A DNA stretch of 64,000 nt from Camelus ferus (lineage: Eukaryota), in the NCBI RefSeq assembly GCF_009834535.1, contig NC_045696.1, forward strand, positions 52,826,001 through 52,890,000, read 5' to 3'. Below are positions 1 to 12,849 of the stretch, piece by piece; positions within the stretch are counted from its first letter, which is position 1, and the number at the start of each line of letters is the position of its first letter. Made by a program: the position numbers and the translations under genes. The notes beneath the pieces are model-generated. The model ran no database searches. It was not told the origin of the DNA and saw only the letters and a list, made by a program, of their open reading frames with translations.

Positions 1-297
1 AGGATACAACTGTCTCAGTGCCATCAGCATCATCTGAATGTGTCCCTTCTCTACATTGCTAAGAAGTTTGGATCAGAAGAGAATTACAGAGCCTGTCCAG
101 GGACCCTGTATACTAGAAGTTTTGGCTTTTGAAATGGAGATGATAAAATGAGGGTTCTGAGAAGTGGTGATCAAAGTAGAGGCAACAAATAGCTGCTTAG
201 AATGATTAGCTGGGCACAGCACTACATAAGGATTAAATTCTTATTCAGCATCAGGGAGTCTTAGAGATGTCAGAGGTTTTAGAGATATCATCCAAAT

Positions 298-421
298 TCC
301 TCCCTTCCAGGATGAGAAAACCAGGACTCAGGAAGGTTAGCTAATTTGCCTAAGGTCACAGACCCAGGGCTAGAACCCACTTCTCCCGACTCCCAACTCA
401 GTACGCTTTCCTCCTACCCCA
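298..421 (-). mobile_element. MIR SINE remnant
   Basis: GATGAGAAAACCAGGACTCAGGAAGGTTAGCTAATTTGCCTAAGGTCACA, the reverse complement of the MIR core. Confidence 0.75.
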
Positions 422-1337
422 CTTCATAAAGTTGTCATTTAGCCTGGGTAGAGGAGTGTACTTTAAGCGTAATATTAATCTAACCTAAATTTCTTTCTAT
501 AACAGTCTTTGCAGAAAATTCCTGTGGTCCTGGAAGTCATCCCTTTGATAACACTCTAAGTACCACTTGTTCAGACCACAGAAAACATAGATCTGTCATC
601 CTGTTAAACACATCAGACACTTCAGAAAGACACCAAGAGAGCATGCCTGAGAGAGATACTCCCAATTAAAGTGATTCTGTCCTCACTTGCAATATTCAGG
701 ATAGTTATATAGAAAATAGGTCTACCAGATTAAGCAAAAGTAGTTATCTCCTAGGATGATTTAGCAAGACATTTCTCAAGGATATGGCAGTTTTTGTATC
801 CCTCAATTTCTTAGGATCAAGGTGACAAAGAAGCTATCCCGATGTCTTTGTTGGATGGAAAAGAAAAACTGAGTAGTGTTTTACTCATCAAGGTATAGGT
901 GACTTCCTTGGAGCTATTTAAGATAGTAAGTAAGAAGGAATAAAAAGACAGTTCAGAGTGGATGCAACACACACACAAGCCCTTAAAACTCTGCCCTCGG
1001 TCTCTGCACTTCCCCTGCTTTGGGGTCAGGTCCCGAAGGAACCTAGAGGAGGCCTCCTGTGACTTGAGCAGGATGTGAACCTTTAACAGTCCCCTGGGTA
1101 GGCTTCCTTTTGCTGAAGCAACCTCCTGTTTGCGCCATTAGTCACACTGCTTCCCATTCTGACCTGCAACAGGCTTTGGTTTTTATTTACTTTTATTTGA
1201 TCTTTTTTTTTTTTTTTTTTTTTCAGATTCGTAGGTTTAGCTGAACTTGGTCCCTGCATGAAAAATGAAGTTTACATAGTTTATGTGATGTACATAAACT
1301 ACTGATTTACATTGATTTAGACATGATTGGTGCCTAA

Positions 1338-1343
1338 TTTATT
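1338..1343 (-). terminator. Candidate distal polyadenylation signal AATAAA
   Basis: Canonical hexamer in AT-rich, non-repetitive sequence, flanked by two inverted repeats. Confidence 0.4.
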
Positions 1344-3927
1344 AATCAGCACACAGTATGTAAATGTGCTGAAAGGAAATCAAGGTTTTAAAATAAATTT
1401 TCCATAATATCCATTAACATTTAGGCTGGTGTAAATGTTAAACCCACACCTACTGTTGACACCAGCCTTCTGGCCAATGGGATGGTCCTGTATGTTACTG
1501 GGTGAAGACAAATGTTTTCTTGAAATAGCAGTTGGCGGCATTTGACAACATCGCTCCCTGCAAAAGAGAAGAGTTTATGTCTCTTCCACTGTATGCACAT
1601 AAATGTAAACTCCATTTTCGCATTTAGTGAGGTTACAGATATTATGCCAGCCATGATGAGAAATGTACATCACTGGAGCTAATGCAGTCTTTGGAGAAGA
1701 TATATTTTAAACACTTAAGAGAGAAGGAGGCTTCCTAAACTGGATTTGTATTTCTTAACTTAGGGTCTTATCTCACCATTTTTGTGGTATGTTTAATCTT
1801 TGACTTCAAAGTATTAATTGTTTTTGTAGGTCAGATAGAGCATTGCACTTATGTTTCTATTTTAAAAAATGAGAGTTATTGAGAACCAAGACTAAATTCA
1901 GGCTAAAAGTTTATGAAGTTGAAGAGAAAAATAAGGCCATGGTTAATCCCATGGGACATAGTCTATCAGCAAATTCCTTTTAAACAGCTCATAGCAAGGT
2001 GGAAAAAATGGGGCCCCACGTCTTTCTAAATGAAACATAGCTCTTTTCTTTAAACCAAATTTGATACTTTTCTTCCTTTTAAATTTAAATTATTATTGTA
2101 GATTTGTCTTATAATACATACAATATTGTAAATATAGCATCTGCAAAGATAAGATTAAAAAAACACATACACATATATATTATTTTTTCACAAATAATTC
2201 AAGACTGGCAAAAACAAAATGGGAAATTCTGGGAGACAAGCCAATAGAAACAATCAAACCACAACCAACCTGGGGCTGGGGTCTGCAGCTCTGGACCGGT
2301 TAAGCAGCTAATAACTCAGTAGTAACAACTCAGGAACAATTTCATGCTAAGGAGTTTAGTTTTTGTGTGCAAAGGAGGTAAGTCCATTTCTGGAGGAGAA
2401 ACAGATTTTTGTTTCTGTCCTCCAAGAACATGAAAATCACGAGTACTTTCACAAGGTCTCTAGGAATAGCCCCAATTGTCTGAAGATGTAGTTTAAAAAA
2501 ATGCTCATGGCAAGGGTGATGTCTGTCTGACTTGGAAGAGAAGGCAAAGTCAATGGGACAATTCTTCCCCATAGAAAATGCTAGGACTTTTCCCTAAGCC
2601 TTAGTTCTTTTAGGGCAGAGGGATTTTATGTCTCAAAACCAGTAAGACTGTTCCTCCAACAAAGGCAAAACCTTCTGGTGAACAAAATTGCACAGAGGAT
2701 GTAAGTCCGTGGTTGTAAAATCTAGGATAGTTTTCATTCTTCAGGAAGTGCCCTTGGTCAACGTCATTTCTGCTTTAGTTAACTGCAAGTCGGGTCTAAG
2801 GGTTTTGTTTTGTGAATGGTGGCATTTCATTTTGCATACAAAGGACATTAAATATATTAGCCATTCAGCTTCATTGATGCATTTCACTCTTCTCAGTATA
2901 TTGTTTCCAACCTGTTGGTTCTTTTCGCTGCAGGGTTTCAAGCTTTGATTATCAATGGGCAAAATTCTTGAAGAGATTTATAGCACTATGATGAACTCAA
3001 TTCCAAGAAGTCCCACGTTCAGTCTCTTGGTGTCAGTCCTCTGGCTCCTACCTTTCTCCTGACCTTTCTCCAAACAATGTTCTCCTCCACTTTTCACATG
3101 GCTTAAAGACATTTTCAAACCTATGAGTTTCTTGGGGGTCAATAATTCCTCTGAAACAGGAGACAGGACAAAATTCCCAGATCCTACCAGCAATATATTC
3201 AAACACCACAATATTCAATAAGTGTTTAATTACGTTTAATATATGGACCATTATAATAAAACTCAGGGAACAAATGGTGCTGACATGGCAAAGACATTCC
3301 TTTCAATGGAGAATCTCCTTCGGTAAAACCAAGACCTTGTCCTTGTGCTAGAGACAATAAGAAATCTAGGTGTATGATTAAAATCTGTGACATGCCATGG
3401 GGATCTGTTCCTGAAACTGACACTAAACTGAATTAACTCCTGTTACTTTTCTCTTTTTATATATCTTTAAATTAGCATGCACTCCTCTAAAGCTTCCACT
3501 TAAGGTTGTGGCTGACTCTTCAAAATATGGGGAATATGTATCACCAAGGATGATAAGCTTTTATTCCTGGACTAAGAAGCCTAAACTGTTAGAGAAATCC
3601 CTGATTGTCCATAAATTGATGCTGCATAGGAATGTGGCTCACCTTCTCTATATTTTTGTAGCTACCATCTTGGATAAGAATTTTGGTCTTATGCCAGGAT
3701 CTGCCACAAATACTTTTACCCACTCTCAAGCCCAATGTGTCCTTTCAGTTTCATGTCTAAATTGCAAAATCGTGAGAAGTCTGGTGATAAGCTTTTAAAA
3801 CAAATGACAGAATCCCCTAGAAGAGCTTAAAAGTACTGCTCATCAACAAGACCTTTCCCTTCGAAGATGAGACTCACTGCAAAGAGCCTTCAGTTAATAA
3901 AACGTATCAGGGTAAATTTCAGATTTA

Positions 3928-4042
3928 TTTTCCTTCCTTTCTTCCTCCTCTCTCCCTTCCTTTCTCTCTTTCTCCCTCCTTTTCTTTCTATTTCCTCCTC
4001 CCTTCCTTCTTTCCTCCCTTTCTTCCTTCTCCCTTCCTTTTC
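3928..4042 (+). repeat. Low-complexity TTCC/CT tract (GA-rich in the mRNA) within the 3' UTR
   Basis: Read directly. Confidence 0.9.
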
Positions 4043-5995
4043 TGATTTGCAGTTATGAAGTTTCCTGTTGTATATCACGTGACAGCTACGGTCCAGGCCC
4101 TAAGACTTGGTGAGGTCCTGTTGGCTCTGCTGAAATACATTCAATGATGATCTCAGTAACAATCCTCTGTCCTTTCATGAACTGAGCCATTTCCAGTGCT
4201 TCCCATAGTCTAAGTGAAAGCAATGGTTGGTTTCCTGACAAAGATATTTACACACAGAGAGCCAACACTCTCTGTAAGGTGTGTCCTAAGAAAATCCTTC
4301 CGGTGTCATGCTGATGCCAAGCTTCATGGGATGTATACAAATTTTGCCTAAATTATTACAAGTTTCCCAGCTCTTCTGGTTAAGAATGAACTCACATTTC
4401 AGTGTTAATGGCAAGATGACTCTTGTGACTGTAAACTTAAACACCGTATCCCCCACTGTCTCTTTTTCAGGAGACTAGAATGAGCAGGAAAGGTGGAATA
4501 TAATGCCGTTCCTAGTGGCCTGGCCTTGGATAATGATGGACCACTATGAACAGTGGTGCTGTAAACACCACTGGTGGACCAAAAGGGAGACAATGGGGGC
4601 AACCAAATAAAGTATTAGCCTAGAACACTAGGACAGAGGTCTGCAAAGGAGCACAAAGAGTGGATTCTTTTTTGTTACGGTCAGTGCTTTGTGCTGGAGC
4701 TCTGACAGTATTTATACCGTGAGTAGGGACCCGGGCATCCTGTGTTTCTGCCTTGCTCACTCTCACTGTACTTTATCTGAAATCGGGGGGAAAAAAATCT
4801 CTAGTCAGGGAAATCTGTGGGGCAAATGCAGTGTTATCTGAAGATCAGGGAGGGGGCAAAACAGGGCAAAACAGCCACGTGATCTCCATGCAACTCATCA
4901 CACTTTCCTTAGACGTTAATGCTTGGAGATCTTCCTGCTTCAGGGAATTTACTCAACACATGCTACTCATTCCTGCAGCTGAGCAGGACCAAGTCTGCAA
5001 AAAGCCAGGAAATACGTGAATCCCTCAGACTCGTGAAACAAGAGTGAAATCAGAAACCTTCTATCCTAGGTCACCTCATCCACATCACTGATCCTTTCTG
5101 CTGTTTGCTCACCCCGTCAATAGTAGGCACTTTCATTTACAGTGATAATCTGAGTGACTCTGGACTGGGTTCTGATGACCGGACTAGGAGGAGTATGAGG
5201 TCCTGCCCGGAGGCGGGGCACAGCTCGGTCTGAACACACGCTGATGTCCCGTGAGCGCCGTGATGGGGGAGGGACCCTGCTCCTTGCCTCCTGCCCCACC
5301 GCGTGCCCCGGCACCGTGGCACAGCCGCATCTCAAGATCACAAAGAGGGACAGTATCTACAGCACAATGAGTCTATGTACACGTGGACCATTCCCTCGGC
5401 ATGCTTTACAGAGAGACGCACACGCTCACACGCACACGCACACACACCCACGCTGAGAGCGAGAGACGGCCGGCGCGCGGAGGGGAGAGGTAAAGCGCAC
5501 GCTTCCTGGCATCTGCGGCGTGGCTGGTGCCCCGGGGGCGGCGGGAGCGAGGGGAAGCGGCGGGGGGCCGTGAGGGCAAAAGGGGCTATCCGGGGCAGCT
5601 GTGCGGGAGATAGAATGCCCTGGAGGGAAAGGAGATGGTCTTAGAACTTGGAGAGAGAGTGGAGGCAGGAGAGCCAGCTAAAGGCTCAACGCAGGACTCC
5701 AGCATGGATCCCAAAGATGGTCTGAATGGCTACGAGTCAGCTCAAATAAAAAACAATAAAATGAGGATGGAAATACAAACACCAAAGGCAAGACCTTATT
5801 TTTTCTTTCCCCACGGATGAAAAAGGATGAAGGAAGGAGTAAGTGTGTGTGTAGGGGGTTCATATCCATCTGGTGCTTCTTATTTTTACAACGCTGGGAT
5901 CTCCTTACCACGATGGCGTCTGTATACAGTGTACATTTGCTTAGATACACACATACCCTGGGAGAACTTTTCCCACCCTGAATTATACTCCAATT

Positions 5996-6001
5996 TTTAT
6001 T
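5996..6001 (-). terminator. Candidate proximal polyadenylation signal AATAAA
   Basis: About 180 nt after the stop codon. A GU-rich element (GGGTATGTGTGTAT) follows about 40-50 nt downstream on the minus strand. Confidence 0.45.
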
Positions 6002-6181
6002 GATGGACTGTGAAATCGTTTTAAATGCTGTTTTTTCTCCTTTGTTTTCTTATTTCCCCCTTCATTTACAAACACACAAAGTTGTGAAATAAACAGTCTC
6101 CCCCCATCTCGCTCTCTCTGTATCCTGTGTGACGCATTTTTGTGTGTGTGTGTTTTTAATTATTTTTAAATTTTTATTCTA

Positions 6182-6279
6182 TTAACATTTGCTGAGAAGG
6201 CAGAGCAGAGATGCTGCCAGCAGCCACAGTGGTACGGCCAGACTGATGGATCCGTTGATTCCTCTCACCGACCCAGGTC
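6182..6279 (-). CDS. LSAMP: LSAMP last coding exon, GPI-anchor signal: (R/G)[31 protein letters not shown]
   Basis: Lies in ORF 6182..6388(-). A long CT-rich polypyrimidine tract precedes GCACTGCAG|GA. TAA at 6182-6184. Small-residue omega region (N-G-S) followed by a hydrophobic tail. Confidence 0.97.
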
Positions 6280-9217
6280 CTGCAGTGCAAAAGAGAGAGA
6301 GAGAGAAAAGAGAATAGTTACATCCAGCCCACTCTGTGTTACAGCTGACAGTGCAGAGGGAAGACTGGGCCAGGTACCAGCATCTCAATGTCAGGGCACT
6401 TATGCACAGCCCAAGAAGGGCTCACGATCTTTTTGAAATCCTTCTCTTTGAGCTATAAGGATCTTAAGGGGTATCTTTGGTTGAAACACTTCCAAATACA
6501 AAATGCTTTCGCCGAAGATGGCCCTAAAGCTGGCTGTCACTGAGGTGTGTCATGATGTGGCAGCCTCCTCTTCATCCAGCCTTCTCCTGTGGTGGCTCCA
6601 CACAGCGGGGCCATGCTGGCTCTGGTTAAAATTCCAAGCACTGGTGAGGGTCCTTCAGCAGCCAGACACGGGCTCCTCCAGCTGATTCATCACAGCATCT
6701 CCATTGATAAAACATGGAGCCAGTCTGTGACTCTCATTTCTCAGGGGGGAGTCAGTAGTTATTCATTTGTTAATGGAGAGAAGAATTGTTTCAAAGTAAC
6801 ATTTATGGCTGGGTGGCACCTTAGCTGCAAGGCAGAAAATAAGTCAACTCATTGCGGGGTCTCAAGAAGCAGCAGGGGGTCATCTGGTCCAAACTCTTCA
6901 TTCGATGCTTTAAAAATAAAAATCAAAGACGACAATAACCACAAAAACAAAACAGCCAACCCAGTGAGGCAGGTCCCAACCAGAAGCAGGACTGAGACTT
7001 GGGCTTGGCCAGAGTTCATCCTGGAGGGGCCAGCTGTGGGTTTCCCACTACCTGGGTTTTCCCAGCGTGGGCACAATTTGTGGGATGTGGGTGTGGGAAT
7101 GGAGAGGAAAGTGGAGAAGAGATTTGTGTGCCAACGGAAAGAGGAGAATTGAGGCAGAAGACGTAGGAGGGAAGAGCTTGTTTCCTATGCTTTGCTTGTT
7201 CTGTTGTCTCCTTTTGTATAGTTCTGTTTGTTTAGATCCATTACAAGAAGATATTAGTATTTTTCACAACAAAGACTTTTGGATTTAAGACTGTATGCTT
7301 AGACAATGACATTCAAGAAAGAAATTAGTGTGACAATAATTATGGGTCACTTTGAAGTTTTGAGGGCACATATGGAAATCAATGTATGTGTGAGTGTGTG
7401 TGTGTGCATGTGTGTGTGTTTAAACCTATGATGGTTTTCAAGTGCAGTGGAATCATCCTCTGGTATGTGAATGTTTCCAAAATTGTCTACCAACATACCA
7501 GGTCAGAGGTAAAATAACAGAGAAAATGCTGAATTCAAGAATGTTCTCCTAATCTCTGTTTCATATACATAATAAGAGGAACAGCCACAACCAAACACAA
7601 CCAAGAAATAATTACACAGCACTTACTACAAGTACTGTTACAAATGCTTCACAGATAGAAGCACATGACCATGCTATGAGGCAGGTACTGAATGAACCCT
7701 GTTTCCTAGTGAGATGAGGGGGCACAGCAAGGTTAAGCCCGTCTCATGAGTGCACACAGCCAGTAAGCAGAGGGGCTGGGGCTCACCCCAGTGGCTGGTG
7801 CCGGGCCTTTGCCTGTCCGCACTGCATGAGGTGAGGCTACACCGGGAAGGGGTGCTGGTGAGTCTCCTGTCAAACATTCGGCAAATGAAATCTGGGTTTA
7901 AAACAGTAGCCAGGACAAACAAAATGACAGGAAGCCATCCATTATCTTTGAAAAAATGATTTTCAGCAGAAGATTTCTTTACTAGATTGTCTTGTTGAGA
8001 ATATTAAAAAATATGACTTAATATAAAAATATGAATATATACAGAGTTTGAATAGCAGAGTTATGATATAAAATGAGCTTTATTATATGCAAAGCTAGGG
8101 AAACACAGAATAAGTAATTTAAATATTCAATCAATTCCTTAATTTTCTGAATGGCTGCAGAACCATATTAATACAAGGCACTGTAGCTGCCCTCAGGTTC
8201 ATGCTTATCTAGAGGAATTAAGGTTCAGGAAGATCATGCATCCTGCATAAAGCACCTGATTAGTAATTATTGACCAGGCACCGGAATCCAGGTGTCCTGA
8301 GTCTTAGCTCAGTGTTCTTCCTAAGCCTTTTTGGCTTTTGGGGAACGTTAAGCTTTTAATGGCAACGTCCCCGGGCTTCCGGCCTGGCGGCAGCGTGTTT
8401 CCCTGTGGTCTTAGTTCCTCTAGACGCTTTAGATGTCATGAGCTCTTTGGCACGTTTGTTTGGATTGGTGTGTCCGTGACACTTCTGAAACAGAGAAAGA
8501 CTGCACACACATTGAAGGGTTAAGCAAGACTGATTTTTGTTTCGCCCCAGGGATACTGTGAAGCAGAAGGTTTTCAGAAGGAGTCAGTTCTGCCTATTTC
8601 CTTAATCTCATTTTTAGTGCTGGGACAGGCCAGATTATCTTTCAGACATCTTGGAGTTGAGTGGTACCTGGCGGAATCTGAAAAGTCTAGTCTTATCATT
8701 TTATTTGAAGGGTAGTATTTGAAAAAACAAAAACTCCATCATTGAAAAATATGATCTATGCATATATGAACCTAGATATATATGTTCACATATAACGTTC
8801 TTGCTGATGTATGTACATACATATATGCAGATAAATATCTTTTATATGCATATTCATATTTACACATATGATATACATACGTTATAGGTCTTTTGATGTA
8901 CACAATTGAGAATTAACTGTCACTTTCACATGCTAGTCTATGTTATATATATAGGGAATCCCAGTATGACTGTTAATAATCTTTCATTTTATTTTTAATA
9001 GAATTATTATTACATATTTGAAATGTATTTAGTGGATCTGTTAAAGCTATTTTCATCTCTATCAATTATTATTTATTAAGTGCTCTCATATAGCTCTTTG
9101 ATGTGTGTATATGACTTGTTCTTTTCATAAATGGTTTTGGGAGTAAATAAATAGGCTTGAAAAAATACAAAGATAAATGGCTGATAGCTGGGGAATCAAC
9201 ACAAGTGTGTATGCAAT

Positions 9218-9244
9218 TATATATATATATATATATATATATAT
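9218..9244. repeat. (TA)n microsatellite
   Basis: Read directly. Confidence 0.95.
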
Positions 9245-10468
9245 GAGTGCAGAGGAGGCTACTTCGGTTAATGGCTAGTCCAGGGAAGAATAATCAGCAA
9301 AATCATTAATTATGGTTTAGTTCATAGTTATGAAACTTCTGCTTATTTGTGGAAATGCAAATGATAAATCTTATTTCCCACACCAGATGGCCACACTCAG
9401 CAAGTGCTTTATATACTGACAGATAGAATGAAAGCAAGAGTCTGCAAACATAAATCAGCCTTAAGAATCAATGGGCAAATAGATCCACAGTTCAAAAATT
9501 GCTACATGCTTTTCATATAACAGACAAAAGTCATATCCTGGATTTTAGCCACATCCTATATGTGGGTATGTGTGTTTATCTAGTAAAGGTTCAATAAGTG
9601 GTAACATTGTCATTATTATTATTAACTATAGAAGTCTGGATTACAGAAGGGCATGAAATACCCCTGAATCAAAGACATTGGTTTGCGAACGGGGTCAAGG
9701 CTTTTAATGTTTGACCTGAGGGTGCAAAATTTAGCCGCAGCAGGATTGGGAATCTTGAATTACCACACCAGGTCCAGGTTCTGAACCCCAGGACGGGATG
9801 ACAGCTGAGACTCTGTATCCATGTGAACGCTGGACTGACTTTGCTCTGCCAATGCTTATAAAAGGGAATTTGCGATTAAGGGTAAGGTTGATAAAACATC
9901 CTGAAATTTCAAAATCTGAGAATTTGGGGGCACGTCTTTACACTTCAAATCTGATGCGGGACGCTAAGCCAATTGATTTGTCGTGAGTAAAATCTCCAAA
10001 AAAGGACAAGGTGATTTTTCAACACCTCCTTTAGAGAGCGTGTGCGGGGAGACACTTTGTGATTCAAATCTGGCCAACACATTTCTGTTGCTTCTCCTGA
10101 GTGTTTTGGGCTCTTTTCTGGGATTTGGGACTAGATTTATTCAAAATAATCACACCCTCAGTGACGCCTGGGCATTTCTTCCAGCCACTAAAAAAATCCA
10201 GCCCATTCGTAATTTTATTCCTGTACATAGTTCAGCCATACAAGAAAAGAAGAAAGGCCAGATGAGTTGAGTTTAAGTTTGAATTCTTCTTAGAGTTATT
10301 AAAGGTTGACCAAGTAACTAAAAATAAAACAAAATCATAAACAATATACAAAACAGTTGTCAAGCAAAGGAGAAAAAAATCTCCTAACTGTCTCTCAAGC
10401 TCTTATCTAGATGTGCAGACTGAGGCCCGAGTGCCGGGAGCCATGTTTCAAGGGGAAAAGACTGACTT

Positions 10469-10487
10469 TGGCGCCACCTGCTGTCCA
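10469..10487 (-). promoter_or_regulatory. CTCF-like motif TGGACAGCAGGTGGCGCCA
   Basis: Close match to the CCASYAGRKGGCRS core, with the CpG retained. Confidence 0.55.
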
Positions 10488-12453
10488 TTTTCCACCAGCA
10501 CAGCTTCCTCTGGGTGAATCAACTGGGAGTAAGAGCCTATAATCTCCAGACTGGAGCCGACTGGAAAGGAGGATATATTGATGTTTTCTTTGAGTAATGT
10601 GTCTTAGAGTTAAATCTGGGTTCCTCCTACATAATCTTTATGCATTATCTCCCCCTTCTATAAAGTGAGTCTTGGGTAAGGCTAAAGTATTCTCACAGTA
10701 AAATTGGAATTATCACATGTTTTCCATCAAAACAGCATCCAATATTTTGAAATGCAAAATTCTGAGATTTTTAGGTCATTTCTTGGAATTCCTGTGGGCA
10801 ACACTAGGAATGTTTCTCATTGGTCTTTGAAAAAAAAATCCTATAGCCTATTTTTCCTTACACACCAGAGCTGTGAGGTATCATGTTCTACAAACCCTAG
10901 CTACTTAAGATGCAAATATAATTGATAATCATGGCTTTGAAGGGAGAAGAAAGGTTGAAGAGGGCAGTAGTTTATACTTCTTCCTCTCAATAATTTTGTT
11001 CCTATGCATACATTTCTGGTTACCTCTTTCCAGCCGCCTTCTGTGAGGACTTGCTAGCGCTGATTGTGAACAAGGTACTGGCCCTTTCCTGGGAGTAACC
11101 AACAGAGTGTCCACAATCGCTGTGGCTGGTAGGGTCTACGTACCACAAGAACAGTTTTCACTACTGAGAATGACCTTGGTAGTCTCGTCCCATTTGAGAC
11201 TCAGGGAAGAAGACATCTTCATATGAGACAATCACCAATCCAAGTGGGTGGCCACTAGGATTTAAGGAAAGTGGTGTCTGCCAGGCAGATTATTCTGTGA
11301 CTCTGGTCTGGGGACAGACACGGTTAGGAACTTCTGTTGGACTTATAAGATGGCACCTCAGGTTGGGTAACTGCTTGAATCTTAGAGTCCATTTCGTGAA
11401 GCTTTGACCTGGTTGCACTGTCTTTGTAGGGGCAAGAATGTGAATTATGTGCCACGTGGCTGAGGGAGGTACGTGGGGGCAGTGGAGGGCACAAAAAGAC
11501 AATTTCCAGCAGCCCGGGTGGAGTGTAGCAGGGTGAAGTGACAGGAAGACCTGGGGGGATGCTGAGGCAGGAGGGAATAGTAAATGTTCAAGTGCTTCAT
11601 TTGAGGAGACCCTGCTCTGTTTCCTTCAGTAACATATCTATCTGAATAGCCAACAAGGATGGCAAAGTGGACGCTGTGTTCCTTCTAAGAGCCCTGTCAT
11701 CAGGCGGCAAACATTTCCAAAAGTCAGCTCTACAAGAATTAACCAAGAACACTTAAGATAAGAAAAGTGGGAGGCGACAGGTACCAGGATGGCCCTCGGT
11801 TGCAGTCCAGAGCACTTGCATAGGCTGTCCCTTGCATCATGTTTGTATGGCTGTCAGAGCAGCAGTGCCCTGGTAGAACAGAGCTCATAATCAATTTTTT
11901 AACCATCCTTAATATATTATTTCTTACTCTATTGTATCTCAATTTATGCATCTATATATGCACATATGTATAGTGCTTTGTTGTGTGTAGATGTTTGTGG
12001 GTGAGAGGAGCATGTGCACATGTTTTAAATCACTGAGTCCATGAGTCAGACATAGCTAAACATCACAATTATCTAGGAACTTTTTAAAAAAAAATGATAT
12101 ACCTTATTTAAATCACTACTAAACCTGTCTCATCTCCCCCATTAACAATAAAAAATTCATATATACCTCAAAAAAAAAAAAAAAAAGAAAAGGAAATTGG
12201 GAGGAGGGTATAACTTGCTCAGTTCTGGAGATTCAAGAATAACTGTCAAAAGCAATACAGGGGTCATGGGTTGGATCAGGGGCTTTTTGTGAATGAGAAA
12301 GTTCACAATTTGGGAAAAAGAGTGGCAATGTGTTATGGAAATTATTACCACAAATTATTGATATGAAATAAACTCAATGGTATTAGCCCTCGATATATTG
12401 CTGTGAAACCTTAATGTTAACATACATAACATAATCAGAAATAAGAATCATAC

Positions 12454-12486
12454 CTTTTTGCTTGAAGTGCACGGTGGTGCCAATTT
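12454..12486 (-). CDS. LSAMP: LSAMP alternative microexon B, 33 nt: (E)IGTTVHFKQK
   Basis: Acceptor TGTTTCCTTTTTAG|AA, donor AAAG|GTATGA. Phase 1-1. The peptide is visible in ORF 12383..12586(-) and matches the long-isoform insert as recalled. Confidence 0.9.
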
Positions 12487-12849
12487 CTAAAAAGGAAACA
12501 TTTAGCAAAACAAAACAGGTAAAAAATCCTTTATCAGTTGAGAACAAGCACAAAGGTAGCCCGGTACTCTCCACGGAAAGGAGCATGAGCAGAAAGGCGG
12601 CAAGGACGCTCTAAGAGGAACACGTATCAGTAGAGGTTGAAAGAAAGGCACATGGAAGGAGGTTGTTTTGTTGGAACAAATGTTGTGCAGTTGGAGGTGG
12701 CAAAAAAACAATGTGCAAATACCAATACTTGATGTGACTTGTTATGTGTGCAGACAGATTCAAGAACTCCGAGTACGACATGTAAAAGTACTCCTGACTG
12801 CAATTTAATGTAAAGATAGGATGTCTGGCCCCCACCAACCCCATTCTCC

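Larger units (their letters stand above)
1180..6181 (-). other. LSAMP: LSAMP 3' UTR (distal end uncertain; may extend past position 1)
   Basis: Sequence downstream of the stop codon, with no recognisable interspersed repeats. AATAAA on the minus strand at 6173-6178, 5996-6001, 1338-1343, 1192-1197 and 1182-1187. Confidence 0.65.

Noticed and set aside
1200..1230. Strong-looking + strand splice acceptor (T-run then CAG), also near 26613
   Set aside because: No paired donor, ORF or other evidence of an antisense transcript; T-runs generate such sites by chance.
6589..7152. Longest ORF in the track (187 aa, + strand)
   Set aside because: Non-ATG start, no recognisable domain, antisense within an intron; compatible with chance.
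12165..12225. A-run followed by GGGAGGAGGGTATAAC, resembling a SINE head
   Set aside because: The match is too short, with no B box, tail or TSD.
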